Shown: positions 1 through 7,259, counted from the stretch's first letter. The stretch is 32,000 nt of DNA from Rariglobus sp. (GCA_031412735.1 JANODO010000050.1:1-32000); one strand, 5' to 3'. Made by a program: numbers and translations. Notes: generated by a model from the sequence alone, not told the origin.

Positions 1-117
1 ATCAGCCGCGAGATTGCCCGCGGTAAGTTCCCCAAGCCTGTCAGAATTGGGCGGGTCCTCCGCTTCGCCCTCTCTGATGTCGAAGCCTACGCTGCCGGTC
101 TCCATTCCTCAAAATGA
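1..117 (+). CDS. AlpA/Xis-like helix-turn-helix protein, C-terminal fragment (5' end lies left of the window)
   Basis: Frame 1 is open from the window edge and reads ISREIARGKFPKPVRIGRVLRFALSDVEAYAAGLHSSK. The TGA at 115-117 overlaps the integrase ATG (ATGA). The sequence resembles the small phage/island DNA-binding proteins that precede integrases. Confidence 0.45.
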   Translation: MSREIARGKFPKPVRIGRVLRFALSDVEAYAAGLHSSK

Positions 118-1424
118 ACGCATCGGTATTTCAGCCGATCAGAGGGGGCCGGAAAAACCGTTTCTACTCCGCAAAGATCAAGCTCCCGTCATGGCCTAAG
201 CTTCGCGTGATTTCCCTCGGGGTAACTGACAAGCGGGTCGCCGAGGAGAAGCTTCGGAAAATGGTCTTAGAATTCGAACGCGAGGCCGAGGGCATCCTTG
301 CCCCTCGCCAGATGCGCGAGGGAGTAAACAAGCCCCTTGGTGAGCATCTGGCGGCGTTTCTCGCCGATCTGACAGGGCGAGGGCGTTCGGCAAACACCCT
401 CAAGCGATACCGTAAAAGCATGACACGGCTCTTCACGCTTTGCCGCTGGTCGAAGCTCGCCGACGTCACGCCGCGCAGTTTCAGCGAGTGGCGGGGCCGC
501 TCCGATCTGGCCGCAAAATACGTCAATGACCTGCTCGGCATCCTCTCGACGTTTATGACGTGGCTGGAGCGGGAGGGCGTTATTGTTCAAAATCCGCTCA
601 AACACGTCGGCAAGGCTCGCGTCATAAAGGGGGAGGGGTATCGCCGCGCACTCTCACCGGATGAGCTGCAAAAGCTCGTAAACGCCGCCTCGCCTGAACG
701 TGCCGCCGTTTATCTCTTCATCGCCTTCACCGGCCTTCGTCGTTGCGAGATGAACGGCCTTAAGTGGGAGCATTTCGACCTCGAATCTGCCGAGCCCACC
801 GTTTCCTTGCCTGCCTCGATCACCAAGAACCGGAAGACAGCCAGGCTTCCCCTGGTCCCGCCTGCTGTGGCGGCTCTTCGCCAACTTCGGCCGGATCTGG
901 CCATGCCCTACGAGTGGGCTTTTCGTGGCAAGGTGCCTAGCCCTCGGACGCTGCGGAAAGATCTGACGAGTGCAGGAATTGCACACGTGGACGGCAAGGG
1001 GCGAGTGATTGACGTGCATGCTCTGCGCAAGACGCTCGGCACGATGCTGGCCATTCTTGGCGTCCCTCCGCGTGTGCATATGGCTCTGATGCGTCACAGC
1101 GACATGCGGCTTACGATGGACGACTATGTAACCGAGGACATGCTGCCTATGCGGGCCGCGATGCTGCGTTTGCCTCTCATAACTCTGCCGTCAAGTGATA
1201 CACAAAATGTCTTACCGGAGGCACAAAAAGACGCACTTTCGGGGGTCTTTTTAGGGCTGCAAGAGTCCTGCGCTGTCCCTGTCGGTTCAAGTCTTGCAAA
1301 TTCGCAAGACGCTGAAACAGTCGCTTTTAGACACACGAAATCCGCCTTAGACTCTCTAAGTCCGGAAAAGAAAATGGTCGGGACGGAGAGATTCGAACTC
1401 TCGACCTCTACAACCCGAATGTAG
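114..1424 (+). CDS. tyrosine-type site-specific integrase/recombinase
   Basis: 436-codon ATG ORF. The catalytic set is readable: FTGLRRCEM (Arg), HALRKTLGTML (His-x-x-Arg), LMRHSDMRLTMDDYV (His and Tyr nucleophile). An unusually long tail of about 85 aa follows the Tyr. Its last 50 nt (1375-1424) run antisense through tRNA-Pro. Confidence 0.85.
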   Translation: MNASVFQPIRGGRKNRFYSAKIKLPSWPKLRVISLGVTDKRVAEEKLRKMVLEFEREAEGILAPRQMREGVNKPLGEHLAAFLADLTGRGRSANTLKRYRKSMTRLFTLCRWSKLADVTPRSFSEWRGRSDLAAKYVNDLLGILSTFMTWLEREGVIVQNPLKHVGKARVIKGEGYRRALSPDELQKLVNAASPERAAVYLFIAFTGLRRCEMNGLKWEHFDLESAEPTVSLPASITKNRKTARLPLVPPAVAALRQLRPDLAMPYEWAFRGKVPSPRTLRKDLTSAGIAHVDGKGRVIDVHALRKTLGTMLAILGVPPRVHMALMRHSDMRLTMDDYVTEDMLPMRAAMLRLPLITLPSSDTQNVLPEAQKDALSGVFLGLQESCAVPVGSSLANSQDAETVAFRHTKSALDSLSPEKKMVGTERFELSTSTTRM

Positions 1425-1451
1425 CGCTCTACCAGGCTAAGCTACGTCCCG
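1375..1451 (-). tRNA. tRNA-Pro (anticodon CGG)
   Basis: 77-nt cloverleaf folded by hand on the minus strand. Acceptor CGGGACG/CGTCCCG; D-arm GCTT-AGCCTGGTA-GAGC; anticodon arm CTACA-TTCGGGT-TGTAG; T-arm GAGAG-TTCGAAT-CTCTC; discriminator A and an encoded CCA. Confidence 0.9.
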
Positions 1452-1555
1452 CCGATCCATTTTTCCTGCCGTTACGAGGCAGGACTGAGGAAAGAAGCGG
1501 TCGTTTTTCAGACCTGCAAACAAAATCTTCGGCGCACAGCCGGTGTGGATTTGCA

Positions 1556-1627
1556 GGGAGGGACGAGCTCTGTCTCGTCCGGGTGGGTGCCTTTGTGACA
1601 GCGGACGAGACGGAGCTCGTCCCTCCC
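1556..1627. repeat. REPIN-like inverted doublet (25-nt arms, each arm itself a mini-palindrome)
   Basis: GGGAGGGACGAGCTCTGTCTCGTCC (1556-1580) pairs with GGACGAGACGGAGCTCGTCCCTCCC (1603-1627), 24/25 complementary. Each arm contains GGACGAG-N6-CTCGTCC. Confidence 0.8.
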
Positions 1628-1630
1628 TCG

Positions 1631-1666
1631 GAAACGAAAAGCCGCCCTGCGGTGACGCGGGGCGGC
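1631..1666 (-). terminator. rho-independent terminator candidate downstream of the sigma factor gene
   Basis: The minus strand reads GCCGCCC-CGCGTCACCGCA-GGGCGGC followed by TTTTCGTTTCC, about 40 nt after the stop codon at 1707. Confidence 0.55.
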
Positions 1667-1706
1667 TGGTGTTCGACGACGACACGGGTCGCCTAAACCT
1701 AGGCGC

Positions 1707-2798
1707 TCAATTGCGCTGATCGGCTTCCAGCATCGGCGCGGATGACTTCGAGGCGATGAACTCGCGGATGACTTCGTGGCGGGCCCGGACTTGATCATCG
1801 GATTCAATCTCTTCGGCGGAGCGCTGGTGCTCATGCGTAGCCATGGCTTTGCGCATCTTGGAGAGCGCAATGTTCTGGAGCTGGCGCACGCGCTCGCGGG
1901 TGACTTTGAACTTCGCGCCGACCTCCTCGAGCGTGAGTTCGTCGCGTCCGTCGAGACCGAAACGATACTTAATAATTTCGGCTTCGCGCGGTTCGAGGGA
2001 CGAGATCATTTCGTAGAGATCGGAGTTGCGCGTTTTCTCGCGAAGCGAATCGAAGGGGCTGGTCGCGTTGTCGTCGCCAACGATTTCCCCGAACGTGCCC
2101 GAATCGCCATCGTCGCCGATGGGGGCGTCGAGGGACGCCGGGCGCACGCTCACCGATTTGAGGTGGGCGACCCGGCTGGTGGGCACTTGGAGCTCGATGG
2201 CAATCTCCTCGTCGGTGGGCTCGCGGCCCAGTTCCTCGGTGAGGAGCATGGCGGTCTTGCGCATCTTGGAGATTTTATCAACGAGGTGGACGGGCAGACG
2301 GATGGTCTTCGACTGGTTGGCGAGGGCGCGCTTGATGGACTGTTTGATCCACCAGGCGGCGTAGGTGGAGAGCTTGCCACCCTTGCGGGGGTCGAAGCGC
2401 TCGACGGCTTTAATGAGGCCGATGTTACCCTCGGAGATGAGGTCGAGCAGGGGGAGGCCAAAGTCTTTGTAGTCCATCGCGATTTTCACGACGAGACGGA
2501 GGTTGGCCGAGATCATGTGATCGCGGGCGGCCTTGTCGCCTCGGCGAATGCGGCGGGCGAGTTTCACCTCCTCCTCGATGGTGAGCAGGGGGGTCTTGCC
2601 GATTTCCTGGAGATAGAGCTGAAGGTTGCTGCGCTCGGCCGGCGCGTAATCGCGGGCGACGGCGGGCTCGGATTTTTCGAGGAACGAGGGGGGCGCGTCG
2701 AGTTCAGCGACGGCGACGGAGGGCGCCTCGGGGGTGAGGGTGTCGACTTCATCGGCATCTTTGAACTTGCGGGCGGAGGCTTTCGATTTGACGGCCAT
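1707..2798 (-). CDS. rpoD: RNA polymerase sigma-70 factor, RpoD/SigA family
   Basis: Sigma-70 regions are readable: LYLQEIGKTPLLTIEEEVKLARRI, DHMISANLRLVVKIAMDY, LLDLISEGNIGLIKAVERFDPRKGGKLSTYAAWWIKQSIKRAL, TIRLPVHLVDKISKM, TLEEVGAKFKVTRERVRQLQNIALSKMR. The track start at 2843 is TTG; the first ATG (2798, MAVKSKAS) is used here. Confidence 0.88.
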   Translation of the reverse strand: MAVKSKASARKFKDADEVDTLTPEAPSVAVAELDAPPSFLEKSEPAVARDYAPAERSNLQLYLQEIGKTPLLTIEEEVKLARRIRRGDKAARDHMISANLRLVVKIAMDYKDFGLPLLDLISEGNIGLIKAVERFDPRKGGKLSTYAAWWIKQSIKRALANQSKTIRLPVHLVDKISKMRKTAMLLTEELGREPTDEEIAIELQVPTSRVAHLKSVSVRPASLDAPIGDDGDSGTFGEIVGDDNATSPFDSLREKTRNSDLYEMISSLEPREAEIIKYRFGLDGRDELTLEEVGAKFKVTRERVRQLQNIALSKMRKAMATHEHQRSAEEIESDDQVRARHEVIREFIASKSSAPMLEADQRN

Positions 2799-3012
2799 AA
2801 TGGTTTGAAAGGTTTGGCGGTTAAAACTGAGGTTTCTCGGCAATCCGAGCTAGTAACGGTTGTAAGGTTGAGACTGAGCTTGGCTGGAAACGTTCCACTA
2901 GACAAACGGTCAACGCTGGCAGGTGGATGCATCATTTTGGGGGAAATGTATGAGCCATCGTTCCTCCTCTATAGCGGGTAGGCGGAGCAAAAGGGGCGCT
3001 GGTGACCCCCGA

Positions 3013-3633
3013 TTAGGCGAGAGTGTCGGGGACACTATTCCAGTTGGCGAAGAGCGGGAGGTCTCTCCCGCTAATCGGGAGCGGGGTCAGCGTAGAATCA
3101 GCAACAGCGGACTGGATCAGGGATTGCAGGCGCAGGTGGCGTTTCGCGAGGGCGATCTGGACGGCGGGAAGCCAGGAACGTGGGTAAAGCGCGACCAACG
3201 GTTCGTAACCCTGCGGACCCTGCGGGACGACGCCGGTGCGACCGTTGCCAGCGTCGATGAGGGTTTGCAGGAAGCCGGAGGTGAGGTGGGGCAAATCGAC
3301 GGCGATGATGAGCACCCACGGGTGGCGGGCGGCGGCGAGGATGGCGGCGACTCCGGCCAGCGGGCCGGAGTCGGGCACGGAGTCGATCACCACGCGCGCT
3401 TCGGGAATCGCCAGGGCGTAATGGACGTCGGGGCGGCCGGAGATGACTAGGTCGTGGATGCCGAGGCTGAGCAGGAGGGCGGCTTGGCGGGCGATGAGAG
3501 GCGGGCCGTCGGGCGCGGGGAATGGCAGGAAGGCTTTATCCCGACCCATGCGCGAGGAGCGCCCGCCGGCGAGGATGGCGCCGGTGAGGGGGAATTTATG
3601 GGGGAAGTCGGATGGGTTGCCCACGGAACACAC
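3013..3633 (-). CDS. mobA: molybdenum cofactor guanylyltransferase MobA
   Basis: GAILAGGRSSRMGRDKAFLPF, VIDSVPDSGPLAGVAAIL and LIIAVDLPHLTSGFL match MobA motifs. It is the last gene of the Moco operon. The GTG start at 3633 directly follows the tail of hairpin element A. The first six codons are a solo repeat arm, so the start is uncertain by a few codons. Confidence 0.82.
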   Translation of the reverse strand: MCSVGNPSDFPHKFPLTGAILAGGRSSRMGRDKAFLPFPAPDGPPLIARQAALLLSLGIHDLVISGRPDVHYALAIPEARVVIDSVPDSGPLAGVAAILAAARHPWVLIIAVDLPHLTSGFLQTLIDAGNGRTGVVPQGPQGYEPLVALYPRSWLPAVQIALAKRHLRLQSLIQSAVADSTLTPLPISGRDLPLFANWNSVPDTLA

Positions 3634-3640
3634 GGAGAGG
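3619..3640. repeat. solo arm fragment of a CACGGAA-flavour hairpin element, embedded in the mobA 5' end
   Basis: The minus strand reads CCGTGTGTTCCGTGGGCAA. This is identical to the last 19 nt of the distal arm plus tail start of the element at 4825-5036. No partner arm is present. Confidence 0.7.
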
Positions 3641-3650
3641 CTGAGTTATT

Positions 3651-3735
3651 GCCCACGAAACACACGAAATGACACGAAAGAATCAGAGCAAAGGAGCAGG
3701 GTTTCTTTTCGTGTCATTTCGTGTGTTTCGTGGGC
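3651..3735. repeat. compound hairpin element A (CACGAAA flavour)
   Basis: GCCCACGAAACACACGAAATGACACGAAA (3651-3679) is perfectly complementary (29/29) to 3707-3735, with a 27-nt loop. Each arm is three tandem (A/G)CACGAAA-like units. It sits between the MOSC stop and the mobA start. Confidence 0.95.
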
Positions 3736-4217
3736 TAAACGGTTTGGGGGTTTTCGAGGCGGAGTAGGCCGTCGGTGAGAATTTTGGCTCGGAGGCCGCC
3801 GCGACCTTTGAGGGCGTCTTCGGCTCCGGGGGCGAAGGCCTCGTTCATCCAGTGGCACGGAGAGCACTCGGCGGTGCCGAGGAAGCGGATGTTTTGGAGG
3901 GTGAATTCGACGCCGATCAGCGTGTTCAAATCGACCCCGCGCGTGATGACGTTGCGCCGAAAGGCGGACGGTGCGGGGTGCGCGCCGCTGAGCGGCAAAA
4001 ACGTGGCGCAGAGTTCATCGTAGATCTCACCAGAAAAAAACGTGATCTGCCCCTTGTAGTCGGCTTTGTAATCAAAAAAGCGGTCGCCGCGGATGCCGCG
4101 TCCGGCAACGCATTCGACTTCGGGCACCGGGACGACCGGGTGTTCGCCGGCGGGCTGGTTGTGGTGGCCGAAGTAATTATGGCCGGGAGAAACGTAGAGG
4201 TGTTCGATGCGGATCAT
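3735..4217 (-). CDS. MOSC domain-containing protein
   Basis: MIRIEHLYVSPGHNYFGHH, VECVAGRGIRGDRFF, RRNVITRGVDLNTLIGVEFTLQNIRFLGTAECSPCHWM and LRAKILTDG match the MOSC barrel with its conserved Cys. ATG 4217 is chosen; the 16 extra codons of the track ORF are translated hairpin arm. Confidence 0.8.
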   Translation of the reverse strand: MIRIEHLYVSPGHNYFGHHNQPAGEHPVVPVPEVECVAGRGIRGDRFFDYKADYKGQITFFSGEIYDELCATFLPLSGAHPAPSAFRRNVITRGVDLNTLIGVEFTLQNIRFLGTAECSPCHWMNEAFAPGAEDALKGRGGLRAKILTDGLLRLENPQTV

Positions 4218-4240
4218 CGGAAATAGGAGGCGGAGTTGTT

Positions 4241-4324
4241 GCCCACTAAAGACACGAAAGGACACGAAAGAATGGGAGCGAAAACCACGGTTTCGTTTCG
4301 TGTCATTTCGTGTGTTTCGTGGGC
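4241..4324. repeat. compound hairpin element B (CACGAAA flavour)
   Basis: The left arm GCCCACTAAAGACACGAAAGGACACGAAAG pairs 26/30 with 4295-4324. The right arm is identical to that of element A over about 27 nt. It sits between the mog stop and the MOSC start. Confidence 0.9.
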
Positions 4325-4809
4325 TAACCGCCTTGGAGGTGTTTGAGGCATTCGCGGATCGCGGGGATGAGCGGCGCTAAACACTCGCCGATGGCGCGGG
4401 GGTTGCCGGGGAGGTTGATGATGAGCGTGCGGCCGCGCGTGCCGGCGGTGGCGCGGGACAGGATCGCGGTGGGGACTTTGGCGAAACTCACGGCGCGCAT
4501 GGCTTCGCCGAAGCCGGGAAGTTCGCGTTCGAGCACGTCGCGCGTGGCTTCAGGCGTGACGTCGCGGGGCGCGGGACCGGTGCCGCCGGTGGTGACGATG
4601 AGATCGCAGTGTTCGTCGTCGCAGAGGGAGCGAAGGGTGGACGTGATGGTGGCGCGGTCGTCGGGGATGAGGCGGGTGACGAAGGTGGGCGCGGGTGTGA
4701 AGGCGGTGAGCAGGATGCGCTCGATCTCAGGGCCGGAGAGGTCGGCGTAAACGCCGGCGGAGGCGCGGTCGCTGAGGGTGACGCGGGCGATGAGGAGGGG
4801 AGCGGTCAT
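4324..4809 (-). CDS. mog: molybdopterin adenylyltransferase MogA (MoaB/Mog family)
   Basis: LIVTTGGTGPAPRDVTPEAT and LPGFGEAMRAVSFAKVPTAILSRATAGTRGRTLIINLPGNPRAI match the Mog signature blocks. ATG 4809 is chosen because the track ORF extension is hairpin arm. Confidence 0.85.
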   Translation of the reverse strand: MTAPLLIARVTLSDRASAGVYADLSGPEIERILLTAFTPAPTFVTRLIPDDRATITSTLRSLCDDEHCDLIVTTGGTGPAPRDVTPEATRDVLERELPGFGEAMRAVSFAKVPTAILSRATAGTRGRTLIINLPGNPRAIGECLAPLIPAIRECLKHLQGG

Positions 4810-4824
4810 GGAGACGGAGTTATT

Positions 4825-5036
4825 GCCCACGGAACACACGGAATACACGGAAGAAGTCGGAAACGGAGAAAACGGAGGTCGGGGTTTTAAACACGAATCA
4901 CTAAATACACGAAAATGAAAGCCTCCGATCTAGGTCCGACTTTCGTGTATTTCGTGTGTTTCGTGGTTAACCGGATTGGGAAATCGGTCTCTGTTTTTTG
5001 ATCGATTCTTCCGTGTGATCCGTGTGTTCCGTGGGC
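4825..5036. repeat. compound hairpin element C-outer (CACGGAA flavour) carrying a second element in its loop
   Basis: GCCCACGGAACACACGGAATACACGGAAGA (4825-4854) pairs 28/30 with 5007-5036. It sits between the moaC stop and the mog start. Confidence 0.9.
4887..4970. repeat. compound hairpin element C-inner (CACGAAA flavour, degenerate left arm), nested in the loop of C-outer
   Basis: The right arm TTTCGTGTATTTCGTGTGTTTCGTGGTTAA (4941-4970) is well preserved. The left arm TTAAACACGAATCACTAAATACACGAAAA has substitutions and a 1-nt deletion. Confidence 0.75.
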
Positions 5037-5497
5037 TAAACGGATTGGGGATTGGTTTTGGTTTTGGTGGTCACGCGGACTTCGCTGATGATCATTTTTT
5101 TGTCTACGGCCTTCATCATGTCGTAGAGCGTGAGCGCGGCGACGGCGACGGCGGTGAGGGCTTCCATTTCGACCCCCGTTTTGCCGGTAAGCCGGGCTTC
5201 GGCGGTGATGAGGATGCGGTCGCGTTTCACGGTGAAATCCACGGAAACTTTATCGAGGGCGAGCGGGTGGCAGAGGGGGATGAGGTCAGCGGTTTTTTTG
5301 GCGGCCATGATGCCGGCGAGGCGGGCGCAGGCGAGGACGTCACCTTTGGGGAGCGCCTGTTTTTTGAGGAGACGGAGGGTCGCGGGTGCGCAGCGGAGTT
5401 CGCCGGTGGCGACGGCGCGGCGGAGTTGCGGGGGCTTGGCGCCGACATCGACCATCGTGGCGGTGCCGGCGGCGTCGAGGTGGGAGAAGGTTTTCAT
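5036..5497 (-). CDS. moaC: cyclic pyranopterin monophosphate synthase MoaC
   Basis: [51 protein letters not shown] and [30 protein letters not shown] match MoaC. ATG 5497 overlaps the stop of the decayed toxin gene (ATGA). The track start at 5533 is GTG. Confidence 0.9.
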   Translation of the reverse strand: MKTFSHLDAAGTATMVDVGAKPPQLRRAVATGELRCAPATLRLLKKQALPKGDVLACARLAGIMAAKKTADLIPLCHPLALDKVSVDFTVKRDRILITAEARLTGKTGVEMEALTAVAVAALTLYDMMKAVDKKMIISEVRVTTKTKTNPQSV

Positions 5498-5798
5498 GAT
5501 GAGCGGCGTTTTCGGAGTTGGCGCTTGATCCACGCGGGGTCGCGGCGGCCATCAAGCACGCGTCAGATTTGAATTTCGATGGCGGTGACCCGGTAGTAGA
5601 TCACGTAAGGGAACCGTTTGGAGAGCGCCCGGTAAAAACCGGCGGATTTTCGATGATAACCGGCGTAGAGTCGCAAGGATTCAATATCGGAGAACAACTG
5701 TCCAAAAAATACGCGCCGACATTGGGAGAGCTGCGTTCGTAAAAACTGAAGCCGTCGAGCAGATCGGCTTCGGCCAGGCTGAGAAGCCGTAGATTCAC
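5494..5798 (-). pseudogene. RelE/ParE-family toxin, disrupted by one frameshift and one in-frame TGA
   Basis: From GTG 5798 the gene reads VNLRLLSLAEADLLDGFSFYERSSPNVGAYFLDS. The reading frame then slips near 5694-5698. The +2 frame continues FSDIESLRLYAGYHRKSAGFYRALSKRFPYVIYYRVTAIEIQI, then TGA (5563-5565), then [16 protein letters not shown]. The GTG overlaps the antitoxin stop (GTGA). Confidence 0.65.
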
Positions 5799-6028
5799 GC
5801 CTTTTTTTGGCTTCGGCGTTGAAGGCGGATTTTGGCGTCTGACCAATCCGAGAATGTGGCTTTGCCCGTGCGGACTGCGGCCTCGGTTTCTTGGAGGACA
5901 GCGGCGTGCCACGAAGGCGGTGAGTAAGCTGCTTCGTCGCGGGTTAGATCAACCCAGAGCAGTTCCATGGTCCGCAGTTTCTCGCGCCGTGACAGGTGTT
6001 CGATGGAAAGCGTCGTTGTCATCGGCAT
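5795..6028 (-). CDS. putative addiction-module antitoxin (CHP02574-like)
   Basis: 77 aa: MPMTTTLSIEHLSRREKLRTMELLWVDLTRDEAAYSPPSWHAAVLQETEAAVRTGKATFSDWSDAKIRLQRR. The L-S-x-x-E-(K/R)-L ... LW ... W ... G pattern is typical of this antitoxin family. ATG 6028 is chosen; the track start at 6091 is TTG. Confidence 0.65.
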   Translation of the reverse strand: MPMTTTLSIEHLSRREKLRTMELLWVDLTRDEAAYSPPSWHAAVLQETEAAVRTGKATFSDWSDAKIRLQRRSQKKA

Positions 6029-6068
6029 AGTTTTCTTGTCTGGGAGGGGAAGGCAACAGCCGGTTTTT

Positions 6069-7259
6069 TTAGCGGCAGGGGAGGACTTCAACTTCCGCAG
6101 TCAGCGGTGTGGTGGGGACGCGTAGGAGTCCTTCGGTTTTGGCGAGGAGCGTGAGGTCGGAGGAGTCGCGCCACGGGAGCGGCAGGACCCGGCGGGTGGC
6201 ACCCTCGTCTGACCAGAGGCAAGGCCACCAGGTTTCGCGCGGGTCGGGGCGCAACTCGGCTTCGGGGGCGAGCGTAGCGTGCACGAGCGCGGTGGGTTCG
6301 GTGCCGGCGAGGCGGGCGAGCACGCGTTTCACGAAGAGATGGAAACAGACGAAGTGAGAGAGCGGGTTGCCCGGCAGGCCGAAGGCGAGGCGTCCGTCGC
6401 GCGAGGCGGCGATGAAGGGCTTGCCGGGGCGGCTGGCGACCTTGTCGCAGTGAATTTTGAAGCCCTGGGCGGCGAGCAACGCGCCGGTATGGTCGTGGTC
6501 GCCGACGCTGGCTCCGCCGCTGATGAGGATAATGTCGGCGTCGGTGGAGAGCGCGGCGGCGAGTGCATCGGCGGTGGCGGCACGGGAGTCGGAGACGCGT
6601 TGTTGCCAAATCAGTTCGGCGTGGGCGTCGGCGAGAAGCGCGGCGATGAGCGTGGAGTTGGAATCGCGGATCTGGCCGAAGGCGGGTTGGGCTTCGGGGG
6701 GGACGAGTTCGCCGCCGGTGACGAGGTGGGCGACGCGGGCGCGGCGGGACACGAGCGGCGTGGTTGCGCCGAGGGAGGCGAGGAGGGCGAGTGCGCCAGC
6801 GTTGAGTGGCTGGCCGGTAGCGAGGAGTTGGGCACCGGCGCAGGCTTGAGAGCCGCGGCGGCGGATGTGTTTGGTCGAGGGCGGCTGGAGGAGTTCGAGT
6901 TGGTTTGCGGACGAGCCGACGAGGCGGGTGTCCTCCTGCATGATGAGGGCGGCGGCGGGGTCGGAGGGAAGTGCGCTGCCGGTGAGGATGCGGAGGGCGG
7001 TGCCGACGGGGGGGGCGGCGGCGGGCGCGGGAGAGCCGGGGGCGATGGTCCCGGCGAGGGTGACGGTGCCGGGGAGTTGGGTGGAGTGGACGAGGTAGCC
7101 GTCGATGGCGGAACGGTCGAAGGGCGGCTGGTCTTCGGGCGCGAGGATGGGCTCGCGTAGAATGAGGTTGTGCGTCGAGGCGAGCGGGACGCGCTCGGCA
7201 GGGAGGGGCGACGGAACGAGGGCGTCGAGGCGTATCCAGAGATCGGCGACGGAGATCAT
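6069..7259 (-). CDS. moeA: molybdopterin molybdotransferase MoeA
   Basis: PPFDRSAIDGY, ILISGGASVGDHDH, ASRPGKPF and GLPGNPLSHFVCFHLFV match MoeA. ATG 7259 (MISVADLW) is preferred over TTG 7280; it overlaps the GxxExxY stop as TGATG. Confidence 0.9.
   Translation of the reverse strand: MISVADLWIRLDALVPSPLPAERVPLASTHNLILREPILAPEDQPPFDRSAIDGYLVHSTQLPGTVTLAGTIAPGSPAPAAAPPVGTALRILTGSALPSDPAAALIMQEDTRLVGSSANQLELLQPPSTKHIRRRGSQACAGAQLLATGQPLNAGALALLASLGATTPLVSRRARVAHLVTGGELVPPEAQPAFGQIRDSNSTLIAALLADAHAELIWQQRVSDSRAATADALAAALSTDADIILISGGASVGDHDHTGALLAAQGFKIHCDKVASRPGKPFIAASRDGRLAFGLPGNPLSHFVCFHLFVKRVLARLAGTEPTALVHATLAPEAELRPDPRETWWPCLWSDEGATRRVLPLPWRDSSDLTLLAKTEGLLRVPTTPLTAEVEVLPCR

Larger units (their letters stand above)
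1..1451. mobile_element. tRNA-proximal end of an integrative element (xis-like and int next to the 3' end of tRNA-Pro); the body of the element lies left of the window
   Basis: Excisionase-like and integrase genes are translationally coupled and point into the 3' end of tRNA-Pro, the classic island attachment arrangement. No second att copy is visible inside the window. Confidence 0.5.

Noticed and set aside
1776-2981. 401-aa plus-strand ORF antisense to the sigma factor gene. Similar long antisense or out-of-frame ORFs occur elsewhere, for example 17888-19180, 19346-20092, 13113-14057, 6279-7160, 15916-16770, 18381-19160 and 22299-23264.
   Set aside because: These are typical high-GC shadow ORFs. 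They are Gly/Ala/Arg/Glu/Pro-rich and low in complexity, lack recognisable motifs, and each fully overlaps a gene with clear family signatures on the other strand or frame.
2988-3010. Possible terminator after mobA (GGGG-N9-CCCC followed by TTTTG on the minus strand).
   Set aside because: The stem is only 4-5 bp and too weak to call.
3735-4265. N-terminal extensions of the track ORFs (MSFRVFSGQ at 4265, MYSVCSVGNNS at 4848, MCLRAFVVKNS at 7831).
   Set aside because: The extra codons are simply translated hairpin arms. Internal ATGs at 4217, 4809 and 7759 sit right after the element tails and give family-typical N-termini.
3619-5036. Repeated CACGAAA/CACGGAA units considered as a possible CRISPR array.
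   Set aside because: The repeats are inverted, not direct. They pair into hairpins, they lack regular repeat-spacer periodicity, and they sit one per gene junction. No cas genes are present.
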